A stretch of DNA of 64,000 nt from Candidatus Bathyarchaeota archaeon. Its GTDB lineage: Archaea > Thermoproteota > Bathyarchaeia > Bathyarchaeales > Bathycorpusculaceae. The stretch is taken from contig OY969706.1 in NCBI GenBank assembly GCA_963702095.1, positions 2,176,001 through 2,240,000 of the forward strand. Direction: 5' to 3'. Below the pieces are notes generated by a model. It saw nothing but the letters and a program-made list of their open reading frames with translations. It made no database searches and had not been told where the DNA came from. Positions within the stretch are counted from its first letter, which is position 1. The number at the start of each line of letters is the position of its first letter. Below are positions 42,659 through 51,255 of this stretch, piece after piece. The translations under genes and the position numbers were made by a program.

Positions 42659-43756
42659 CTAAAGCAACCTTCTAAGGATTCCCAAAGCATAAGCTACATC
42701 CAACAACACCACATAACCCCCCGACTCCAAAAGCGCAGCCAACCTCCGAGTCCTCCGCCAAAAACGCCAGAACCCAATCCGAAATAACACCGCCTGAGTA
42801 TAAAACAAGCCCACCCCCAAAACCAAAACCAACAACGGAAGCACCAAAGAACTACCAACCAAAAAAGCAACACCGAACGCCACTATTGCTATGGTTTCCA
42901 CCGTTAGGAAGAGGATACGGGCGAGTTTTTCTTTGAAGTAACCCGTTGATTTTAGCCATTTTCGGTTCGAGTATCGCCATGCGTCGAAGACTGATTTACC
43001 ATAGAGAAACTCTTTTTTGAGGAAGAAACTGAGGGTAGCAGGGTCACGGTGGCCGACTTCACAGGCGGTGGCGTTGCTGGTGACTAATTTCTGGTTTTTG
43101 CGAACTATGGAGGATAGGATGATGTCTTGGGCGGTGAAGGGGTTGGCGGAGCCTTTTGAGAACAATTCAGAAAGGACATGTTTGTTTAGTAAGTCGGCTT
43201 TTGTGAAGGCGATTTCGGCTTCAACTGCTTCGTTGGAATGTAACTCGTTTGTGGAGTTTGCGGGGTCAAACACATCCAAATTCGCGATGCGCCGCTTGTA
43301 GAAAACATATTTTTTAAAGTCGGTTCCAGCGTCGATAACCAGCTTCGAGGTCACGATGCTTAGGGGACTGGATTCAAGCAGTTCAACCAACCGCCCCAAA
43401 TACTGCGGGCTAAGAGGAACAATATCTTGCTCCAAAACAAGGATACTCTCATGGCGACAGTGCTTCATGTTTTCTTTTATTGAGCAGTAGAGACCGAGTC
43501 TTTGGGGGTTGTTTCGGTACTGAAAAGGCACACTGCCGAAGGGTACAAGATCCGCGATTTGGCTTGCGAAGTCTGCGCCGTCGTTGGCGATGACTACTTC
43601 GAAGTTGCGGTACTCCTGGTTAGCTAAAGCTTGCAATATCTGTCTGATGTCGCTGATGTCTGGGTTGTAGGTGGGGATTAAAACAGAAATGCCCTTAACT
43701 ATATTTTGTTGTTGACTCAAAAATAAGGTGTCTCCTAAAAAACCGATAAAACACAA
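42659..43756 (-). CDS. GT2 glycosyltransferase with C-terminal TM helices
   Basis: ISVLIPTYN, EVVIANDG, LEQD. Confidence 0.75.
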   Translation of the reverse strand: MCFIGFLGDTLFLSQQQNIVKGISVLIPTYNPDISDIRQILQALANQEYRNFEVVIANDGADFASQIADLVPFGSVPFQYRNNPQRLGLYCSIKENMKHCRHESILVLEQDIVPLSPQYLGRLVELLESSPLSIVTSKLVIDAGTDFKKYVFYKRRIANLDVFDPANSTNELHSNEAVEAEIAFTKADLLNKHVLSELFSKGSANPFTAQDIILSSIVRKNQKLVTSNATACEVGHRDPATLSFFLKKEFLYGKSVFDAWRYSNRKWLKSTGYFKEKLARILFLTVETIAIVAFGVAFLVGSSLVLPLLVLVLGVGLFYTQAVLFRIGFWRFWRRTRRLAALLESGGYVVLLDVAYALGILRRLL

Positions 43757-43792
43757 AGAGAAGATGAGTGCGAGAAAAAGCAGAAAGTGCGC

Positions 43793-44596
43793 TCATGCTT
43801 TAGACCACTGATAAAACAGTTTAGTTAAATTCTCGAATAAGCGGGAATATAAGATTTTCCTAAATCTACTGTAGTAGAGCCGAAGCCTAAGCAGCGACAC
43901 AACCATAAGGAACGATTGCTTTGCATATCCGCCTGATAGTTTGCTCCCGTCTTTTTCAAACCAGCTAATGCCCACTTCCTTAACTTTAAAACCGAAACTT
44001 AAAGAGGAGTAGATAACGTTTACATCGAAGGCGAAGCCAGTTATCAAAAAATCGTTTTTAATCGCATCAATTAAGCGACGGGAAAACACTTTGACGCCGC
44101 ATTGCGTATCCCGAATAGCCCACAGTCTCCAAAAAATCATTCTTGACAGGACATTAAAGGATCGGCTCAAAAAAGTCCGTTGGATGGGTCTTCCGCCTTC
44201 TATTCTGGAGTTCCGGCGATATCGGGAGCCAATTACCAAATCATATTGGCCGGCTAAATCTATCAACCGACGAAGTTCAGCCGCGGGTATGGATCCGTCG
44301 GCGTCCATAAAAGCGATCACGTCGCCTTTGGTGCGTTTTAGGGCTTCCATGATTGCGCCGCCTTTTCCTAGGCGAGAGGGAAAAACAAGGGCAACTGCGT
44401 TGGGGTTTTGGCTTATCAATTCTTCAACGATTTGTTGCGTGCCGTCTGTGCATCCATCCATAACAACGAGGACTTCGCATGTTCGGTCAAAAAGCAGGGG
44501 TTTTGAAGCCATAAGAGCGTTTAAGGTGGTTTCTATCCTAGCTGCTTCATTATAAGCAGGTATCACAACGGAGAGCTGCGGTTTAGCCTCTAGCAA
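43793..44596 (-). CDS. Dolichyl-phosphate glycosyltransferase (ALG5/DPG-synthase-like GT2)
   Basis: VIPAYNEA, DGCTD, GKGGA, MDADGS, DTQCGVK, FAFDV. Confidence 0.88.
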   Translation of the reverse strand: MLEAKPQLSVVIPAYNEAARIETTLNALMASKPLLFDRTCEVLVVMDGCTDGTQQIVEELISQNPNAVALVFPSRLGKGGAIMEALKRTKGDVIAFMDADGSIPAAELRRLIDLAGQYDLVIGSRYRRNSRIEGGRPIQRTFLSRSFNVLSRMIFWRLWAIRDTQCGVKVFSRRLIDAIKNDFLITGFAFDVNVIYSSLSFGFKVKEVGISWFEKDGSKLSGGYAKQSFLMVVSLLRLRLYYSRFRKILYSRLFENLTKLFYQWSKA

Positions 44597-44869
44597 TCAT
44601 CACCGACCCCTAGAATTTTCCTCAAAAACCAAGCTTTTTCTAGTTGAGCCTTAGAACAAATAGTTGATAGAATCCTAAAAAGCACCTTCTACAAATAATA
44701 TGCTCCCCAGCGTTGATCGGGGAATATATTGTTAGGATAAGAATGCACTCCGAAAACATAAAGGCTTTCGTTGCAGCAAATCCACAAAACAAGCGGAGAC
44801 TAAAGCGGTTTTAGAGTAAATCAACCATCTTGCTTGACGGAAAGAAAAATACAGAGGTAAAAAAGAGGG

Positions 44870-45265
44870 TTAAGCGTATTTTTTGTCGTTGTAGCAGTAC
44901 CATCTTTGATACTGGGGAATCCAAGTTAACGGTTTGCCACATGTTGGACAAAGCGGCGGCGACTGTTGCTGCGGCTGGACTGGCTGAGCGGCTTGAGCAG
45001 GCTGCTGCTGGGTTTGATAGGCACTCGGCTGGTAAGTGTTTTCTGCGACGGGTTTTAAGATTATGAAGTCCGAGGCTGCTTGGATATCTTCCCATGAAAT
45101 GCTTTGGATTTCACCATCTTCTTGTTCCACTGTTAAAGAGATGCCCATTTTTCCAACAGCAAACGCAACGTCCTTGACTTTGCCGACTAAACGACCTTTT
45201 GCGTCAATAACTTGCATCGAAACTAAAGCGTCTCTTGTTAGTGGTTTATCAGTTCCACTCATCAT
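44870..45265 (-). CDS. PRC-barrel protein with Q/P-rich linker and C-terminal Zn ribbon
   Basis: LVSMQVIDAKGRLVGKVKDV..ISWEDI..DFIIL; CPTCG...WYCYND. Confidence 0.8.
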   Translation of the reverse strand: MMSGTDKPLTRDALVSMQVIDAKGRLVGKVKDVAFAVGKMGISLTVEQEDGEIQSISWEDIQAASDFIILKPVAENTYQPSAYQTQQQPAQAAQPVQPQQQSPPLCPTCGKPLTWIPQYQRWYCYNDKKYA

Positions 45266-45437
45266 TAATCACTCAGCTGTGAATAGTGCGTAGCTTGTTT
45301 AAAGAATTTTCGATTCAGCACCATTAACCATTTCTCGAACTGTAACAGCAAAAACGAAACATTCCACCGTTCAGTTAGAAAGGGCAAGTTAGCTAGTTAG
45401 CAAGGGCTAAATAGTTTAAAATCGGTTCTATACTTGG

Positions 45438-45650
45438 ATGGTTTTCATGACAGAGAATATTGAATTTTCTAACGAGGGAATGACTAAAATTAAGCAGGCA
45501 GCAAACGAATTCAAAGACACAGTGGTAAACTACTTCAAAGATAACAATGTTGAAGTTAAAGACTGGAAATTCTCCGTCGAACACAACGAGGCAAACTACA
45601 TCGTCGACGCTTCCGTCAAAATAGTGATTAAACCAAAAACCCCAAAGTAG
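45438..45650 (+). CDS. Small hypothetical protein
   Basis: 70-aa ORF with TATA-like tttaaa upstream and plausible alpha/beta composition. Confidence 0.55.
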   Translation: MVFMTENIEFSNEGMTKIKQAANEFKDTVVNYFKDNNVEVKDWKFSVEHNEANYIVDASVKIVIKPKTPK

Positions 45651-45676
45651 CCGCTGTTTCGGAGCAAAACAAACAG

Positions 45677-45985
45677 GTGAAAAAACAAAAAAACCCTACA
45701 CCCAACCCATTTTTTGTAGTCTGCGCTAAACTCATTGCAAGCCGCCCCATAACATTCCTCTTAGACCCTTTTATCCCCAGATTACTGACTTCTTTTTTGT
45801 CAGAGAACCTTAAGAAATGGAAAACTATGGGCTGGTTGAAAAGCTATCGCTTCAAAGTGGAGAGAGTAAGAAGGCTAACCTACATGGTAGAAGTGCATGT
45901 TTTGGTTAGTGAGCAGGAAACCAGAAAGAAAGTAATGGAGTACATTTCACAGCTTTTAGGTCCAGCACTAAAAAGCATCGTTTAA
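45677..45985 (+). CDS. Hypothetical protein
   Basis: 102-aa ORF following the previous gene and converging on the flippase-like gene. Confidence 0.5.
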   Translation: MKKQKNPTPNPFFVVCAKLIASRPITFLLDPFIPRLLTSFLSENLKKWKTMGWLKSYRFKVERVRRLTYMVEVHVLVSEQETRKKVMEYISQLLGPALKSIV

Positions 45986-47073
45986 TCAGCTATGCCAGCA
46001 GATGAGATGTTGCTGGGTATACTTGGGCTTTTACGTACAGACGATTTTAATCCTAAAAGATTCACAAGCGGGTACCCGATTAGAACTTGAGACCAATATG
46101 TAAGCAACCGTGAAAGCGTCGTTGCCGCAACCGCCACAGCAACTGGCACACCATAGAGCGAGAACATGCTGATGAAGGTGATTTCAACCGCGCCCACGGG
46201 GAACCCAGCAGTTAAGGTTTCCACAGTAGAAGCTACACAGTAAACGGTTGCTAAATCCAAGATGCCGATTCGGTTGAAGCCTAAAGAATAAAAAACCATT
46301 AGGTAAACCAGCAAATTGAATAACCAAGCGACAACCGCAAAAAAAGCTGGTTTCACCAGCAAACGTGGATGGCCACGGTATGTTTTAAAGGCTTCAGTGA
46401 AGGAGAACAGGGTTTTCTGGAGATTCTCTTTTTCTTGCTCCAGTTTTGAGCGTCTTTTAATGATAAGGCGGAGGATTTTCATTAGGAAGTCAACGATTTT
46501 TTCTGCTGTGCCCTCTTTGAAAACCACGTAGAAAACCATCCCTAAAACCGCAAGGGTTCCAGCAGTAATCAGGACTACAATCGTTAAGAGGTAAGATGGC
46601 ACCGCGTGAGTTAACGCCAACGCAACGAAGCCGACGATTAAGCCGCCAGTGTAGACGAAGGTGCTTATTACGCGTGAACTTACGACTGTGGCAGAGGAGA
46701 CGCCGATGTCGGCTTGGGGTTCTCTTTGGGCAAGGTAGATTCTTGTGGCTTCCCCGCAGACGGTCTCGCAGGGGATAATCATTTCGACAAAGTTGCCTAT
46801 CCAGTTATAGAGCATTATGCGTCGAAACCGGATTTTCACCGCTAAAGCATCAAGCAAGTAATACCAGATTAGAGAGTCAAAGAAGATAGCTAAAACCACT
46901 GAGAGTATGGCTAAAGAGTAGAAGAGAGCGTAATCGCGCAGGTTCAGGGTACTGAGCAACGTTAAGAAACCCTGCAGGTCGCCGAAGAAAACCAAGTAAG
47001 TTATGAACGCAATCAACCCTATGAACATCAGCAAAATGGTTTTTCGTGTGAGCAGACCTGGCGAATTTAGCAT
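45982..47073 (-). CDS. UPF0104/lysylphosphatidylglycerol-synthase-TM (flippase-like) membrane protein
   Basis: IGNFVEMIIP..GEATRIY, RVI, GAVE, RLLTYW. Confidence 0.85.
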   Translation of the reverse strand: MLNSPGLLTRKTILLMFIGLIAFITYLVFFGDLQGFLTLLSTLNLRDYALFYSLAILSVVLAIFFDSLIWYYLLDALAVKIRFRRIMLYNWIGNFVEMIIPCETVCGEATRIYLAQREPQADIGVSSATVVSSRVISTFVYTGGLIVGFVALALTHAVPSYLLTIVVLITAGTLAVLGMVFYVVFKEGTAEKIVDFLMKILRLIIKRRSKLEQEKENLQKTLFSFTEAFKTYRGHPRLLVKPAFFAVVAWLFNLLVYLMVFYSLGFNRIGILDLATVYCVASTVETLTAGFPVGAVEITFISMFSLYGVPVAVAVAATTLSRLLTYWSQVLIGYPLVNLLGLKSSVRKSPSIPSNISSAGIAD

Positions 47074-47194
47074 AGGTCTGTTTCTCTCGTAGGCTTAAGC
47101 ATGTTACGGGTTGACCCCAACAAGGGCTTGTTGCTATTTATGTCAATTGCCAAAGTCAGCGTAAAGGTAAACGCAAGACAACAAAAATATGAGG

Positions 47195-47725
47195 CTACTG
47201 CAAGGGGATTTCCCAGTAACTGATGATGTCGCCCTTCACCCATCTGCCGCCTAAACTGCGCACCGTCTCGTTTATGTCGTCCCATTCAGCCTTCAGAAAC
47301 ACCACGGGCTTAACAATAACCGAGTTGCCTTTAACGGTGAAACTGAGCAGTTTACGTTCATCGGGGCTGAATTCATTCTCCATTTTTGCTGCATAACGAC
47401 TCGATGGCGGCGGCGTTGGCTTGACAATTGAGGGACTAGTTTCTAGTTTAGGCTCAACTCGCAGCACGCCAGCTATTGGCTTAGGCAAAGGTGCAGGTTG
47501 GGTTTCTGCTTTTGCTATTAGTGGCAGTTCTGGGATAGGCACTGCTTCTTCCACATCATCGAAGCTGTCGCTTCTAACAACCAACTGGACCTGTTTGGCA
47601 GCTAAATCCATTTTGGCGTCGAGAAGTTCTAAATCGCTTGGTACACTGGAGGTCCAAGGCGAAGGCTTTCCTTGCAGTAGAGCAACAGATTGTTCAGGTG
47701 TCAATTTGATGATTCGCAGCTTCAT
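47195..47725 (-). CDS. Hypothetical two-domain protein with Pro-rich linker
   Basis: 176-aa ORF; C-terminal VKPVVFL..WDDINETVRSLGGRWV. Confidence 0.65.
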   Translation of the reverse strand: MKLRIIKLTPEQSVALLQGKPSPWTSSVPSDLELLDAKMDLAAKQVQLVVRSDSFDDVEEAVPIPELPLIAKAETQPAPLPKPIAGVLRVEPKLETSPSIVKPTPPPSSRYAAKMENEFSPDERKLLSFTVKGNSVIVKPVVFLKAEWDDINETVRSLGGRWVKGDIISYWEIPLQ

Positions 47726-47806
47726 GTGGACTCGCTCACATGCTTTAAAGGAGCGGTTAACTTAAAAGTATTGGAAAACAGCAAAAAGGAAGAGTTTGGT
47801 TGTGTG

Positions 47807-48391
47807 TTAAGCTTGTTTTTTACTGCGCCATTCTGCAAAGTTGCCTGTGTACATACCCCATGTTCGTAGCTTTGGGGAGATTGCCCTGATTAGCGCTGGA
47901 CAAGCGATTAGTACAATTGGCAAGTTAATGAAGAAAGTCGGCACCAAAATCGTCAACGCCAACTCGGCGGTGAACAGTTGTGGCAGTACTGTGTATTGGT
48001 AGAGGATATAGCTTGTTCCCGCTAACAGGCTGATGGCTAATACAGATAGCATGGCGGCAAGGTTACGTTTGTTTCCGTCTTCAGCGGCTTTTTTGGGGAT
48101 GAGCACCCAGTTTATGAGGTAGATTAGAAGGGCAACTATGGATTCGAAGATGCCCAGAAAGCCTAAACCTTCGATGAAGGCGCCGCCGATGAAGCCGCCG
48201 ATCATTGCGCCGACCAGTCCGCTCCAGCCGAACCAGATGGGGAACACTCCGAGGAGGATTATGGGGAGATAGAGGAGGGTGAAGTTGGGGAGGGTGATGG
48301 TGTAGGAGAGGAAGAAGAATATTGTGTAGAGGGCTGCGGTTATGGCGATTATTGAGGCGCGTTTTGCGCTGCTCTGTTTGGGGGGTAACAT
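47807..48391 (-). CDS. Membrane protein, ECF S-component/QueT-like
   Basis: SIIAITAALY..FPIWFG..GLVGAMIG; 6 TM helices. Confidence 0.6.
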   Translation of the reverse strand: MLPPKQSSAKRASIIAITAALYTIFFFLSYTITLPNFTLLYLPIILLGVFPIWFGWSGLVGAMIGGFIGGAFIEGLGFLGIFESIVALLIYLINWVLIPKKAAEDGNKRNLAAMLSVLAISLLAGTSYILYQYTVLPQLFTAELALTILVPTFFINLPIVLIACPALIRAISPKLRTWGMYTGNFAEWRSKKQA

Positions 48392-48560
48392 TTTTTGGTT
48401 TCCTTTGTTGGTTTTAAGGTTTGGAAATGGTTGAATCAATAAAAGCGTTGCCACATGTAAGACAACTGTGATACAGGCAAATTCTTTGGCGGCTCCCGCT
48501 TACACAACCAAGTATAAAAGATAAAACAGCCATTGAAAACCAGCCACACGCTGATAGAAA

Positions 48561-49580
48561 ATGACCGACAAAACCACCCTCTTCCTCATAGCAGCCGCAA
48601 TCACCCTCATAGCCCTAAACGCCACCACCGCCATCGCCGCCTACCCCGAAACCTACACCCCCAGCCCCGGCATAACCACCAACGGCGACTTATTAGCAAA
48701 AGACTTCTCAGCATACTACGTCGGCGCATACCGACTCTGGAACACCCCCACGCAAATCTACAGTTTGGGCGCACTAGGCGGCAGTGAACCCCTAACGCCT
48801 CCGCATCCAGAAGCCTACAAGTACCTCCCCAACTTCCTCCTCGTCGCCACACCCTTCCTCGCCTTACCCTATCAGCAGGCACTGTGGGCTTTTGACATCA
48901 TCCAATTCGCGCTTTTACCGCTTATGGCATACTTAATCTACAAACTCTTAAACGGCAAACACCCTGCAGTGATCTTTGCGGTGTTGGTTGTGGTGTTGCT
49001 GCTGCCATTTCCAGGGACGCAGTGGGGTTTGTTTCCAAGCTACTATTGGCAATGGGGAGAAGGCCAAGCAAAAGTTTTCCTGACTTTCCTGCTTCTGTTA
49101 AGCTTCTATTTCGGCAAACAAAACAAACCCGTCCTCTCGGGGTTGGCGTTTGCATTCGGGTTCTTTGACCCCCGCTTTGGACTACTGGCAATCCCGCTCT
49201 ACGTCATGTATAACCGCAGACACCTCAAAGCGGCAGGTCTTAGCGCCTTGGGATTTTTGGGTTTATCAAATGTGATGCTGCTCTATCCGGGGTTGGGTTC
49301 AGCGTTTCTGTCCATGGTTTTTGGCGCTGGGCTAATGACGCCGCTGTATTACTATGCGTTGATTCCACTGCTCACCCTGCTGGCGCTTATGCTGGTGAAT
49401 TTTAAGGAGTTGGTTGCGGCGTTTGATTACAAGGGAGTTTTAGCTGGTTTCACGGGCGCCAAAACGCAATTGGACAGGAGAAGTGGTGAGTCTGTTCCTA
49501 CTCCAACGGCAAGAGTAACCCCAGATAGAAGGGAGAGGGGTCTCCAACCGCTTCACAGGCTCTCCTCACCAAGCAGCTAA
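48561..49580 (+). CDS. GT87/DUF2029-like GT-C glycosyltransferase
   Basis: KDFSAYY, YKYLP, GQAK; polytopic; the last ~40 aa look non-homologous. Confidence 0.7.
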   Translation: MTDKTTLFLIAAAITLIALNATTAIAAYPETYTPSPGITTNGDLLAKDFSAYYVGAYRLWNTPTQIYSLGALGGSEPLTPPHPEAYKYLPNFLLVATPFLALPYQQALWAFDIIQFALLPLMAYLIYKLLNGKHPAVIFAVLVVVLLLPFPGTQWGLFPSYYWQWGEGQAKVFLTFLLLLSFYFGKQNKPVLSGLAFAFGFFDPRFGLLAIPLYVMYNRRHLKAAGLSALGFLGLSNVMLLYPGLGSAFLSMVFGAGLMTPLYYYALIPLLTLLALMLVNFKELVAAFDYKGVLAGFTGAKTQLDRRSGESVPTPTARVTPDRRERGLQPLHRLSSPSS

Positions 49581-49643
49581 ACACTAACTTGATTGATTTA
49601 AAGCCATCGCAACTAACGGGTAGGTCGTTTTTTGGTTTTTTCT

Positions 49644-49687
49644 ATAGTAGTTGTTGCAGGAAACCGCCTATACACAACAACAACCAG
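49644..49687 (+). repeat. Degenerate copy of the 44-bp R1 palindromic box
   Basis: atagtagttgttg..cctat..acaacaacaaccag has the same length and layout as 12706-12749 (atagaagtagtcg..cctat..acgactactaccag). Confidence 0.55.
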
Positions 49688-49781
49688 CGGCTTGTGCAGG
49701 CGACCCCGTTTTTGAATCAGCTATCCCCTGTAACTGCAGACTGGTTGTGGCTGAATCTACAAACAGAAAGGACTAATTGAC

Positions 49782-51149
49782 TTATCGGCGTCTCTTAAAG
49801 AAAACAACCACACCAGCCACCACACCGACAACGGCAACAGCTAATACGCCAATGATGACAAACGCCAAGGAGAAAAGTTCAACGCTAAAAGTCAACGGTT
49901 CAGAAGCACCCATATTACCATACGTATCATTAGCGAAGATTTGGATGCTATGAGTACCACTGGATAGCCCCGTCAAAGTAAAGTTACCCGCCACCGTCAC
50001 GTTCCCCTGCCCATCAAGACAATAACCAACCCAATCCACAGCCTTATCTACACAAAAAACCAAAGGAACAGACGAATTATTAGTAGCCGTCCCATTCAAC
50101 GACGACTCCAGCGTAACATTTGGAGGAGAATGCTCTAATACGTAAATAGGATCAGGCGAACCATAACCAAACGGAGTATACACCTCACAATAGTCATTTC
50201 TTTCATGGCTATAGTCTGCTGGACCAGCCCAAGAGGAATAACCGCCAAATGTGTAGAGCTTGTCATCTACAACAGCAGAAATTAGGTCAAAACGCCCAGT
50301 GGGCATGGGTTTTCCATACGTCCAATTATCATTCACAGGATCATATACTTGCACAGCAGACGAGCTGGAAAAGAATTCTAGCCCATGCCCGCCCAACAGA
50401 TAAATTCTTCTAAGAGCATTTGCGCCTGCCACCGCACCAATCGCTGCGTCTATTACGTTTTTAGGCATAGACGCACCTATGCTCCAAGAATCATTGTGGG
50501 GATCATATATTTGGTTGAAACTGGAGTAGGGATCATCGATTTGTTCACCCATTACGTAAATTTTGCCGCCACTAACGGCAGAAACACAAAGAGGAGACGC
50601 ATAAGACATGGGTGCTTTTGTAGACCATGAGTTGTTTGTAACATTGTACGCTTGGTTTGAGAGAGAACGCGCTAATGTTCCATTCATAAAATCTCCGCCG
50701 ATCACGTAAATTTCATCCCCGACAGCGCTTCCCGTCACAAAATATCGAACTTCTGACAATGGAGCCGTAGTTCCCCACGTATCAGTATAGGGGTCATAAA
50801 CCGCGCCTTCGGCAGTCGCAGTTGCATTCTGGCTCCAGCCGCCCAATAAGTAGATTTTGTTCTGGCACACAGCAGTTGCAAAACCCATTCTGGGCATAGG
50901 CATTGGCGACTTTGTGGTCCAAGAATTATTTTCGAGGTCAAACAGATAAGTATCGTAAGGACCCATAACGTAGATTTTCCCGTCAACAACTGCTGCTCCA
51001 CCGCCGGTTATGCCCTTGGGCATCGAAGCTTTAATCTCCCAGGTATTTTCACTATCGGTGGCAGCTAAAGCAGGCTCAACATACACCAGCAAGGATGACA
51101 ATAGAAGAGCAACTGATAAAATGATGGACAAAACACTATACGCTTTCAT
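49782..51149 (-). CDS. Secreted Kelch-repeat beta-propeller with Ig-like domain and C-terminal membrane anchor
   Basis: Signal peptide, six repeats of KIY.xGG..YDP..W, FANDTYGN, TM plus KRRR. Confidence 0.9.
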   Translation of the reverse strand: MKAYSVLSIILSVALLLSSLLVYVEPALAATDSENTWEIKASMPKGITGGGAAVVDGKIYVMGPYDTYLFDLENNSWTTKSPMPMPRMGFATAVCQNKIYLLGGWSQNATATAEGAVYDPYTDTWGTTAPLSEVRYFVTGSAVGDEIYVIGGDFMNGTLARSLSNQAYNVTNNSWSTKAPMSYASPLCVSAVSGGKIYVMGEQIDDPYSSFNQIYDPHNDSWSIGASMPKNVIDAAIGAVAGANALRRIYLLGGHGLEFFSSSSAVQVYDPVNDNWTYGKPMPTGRFDLISAVVDDKLYTFGGYSSWAGPADYSHERNDYCEVYTPFGYGSPDPIYVLEHSPPNVTLESSLNGTATNNSSVPLVFCVDKAVDWVGYCLDGQGNVTVAGNFTLTGLSSGTHSIQIFANDTYGNMGASEPLTFSVELFSLAFVIIGVLAVAVVGVVAGVVVFFKRRR

Positions 51150-51255
51150 ACTATCGTCATCCTAAAACCTATTATTGGTGTAAACGATAAATAGTTTGCT
51201 AGTTGAATAAAAAAATAAAAAAGGAAAAAGGAAATTTGAATCGGTTTACACTTGT

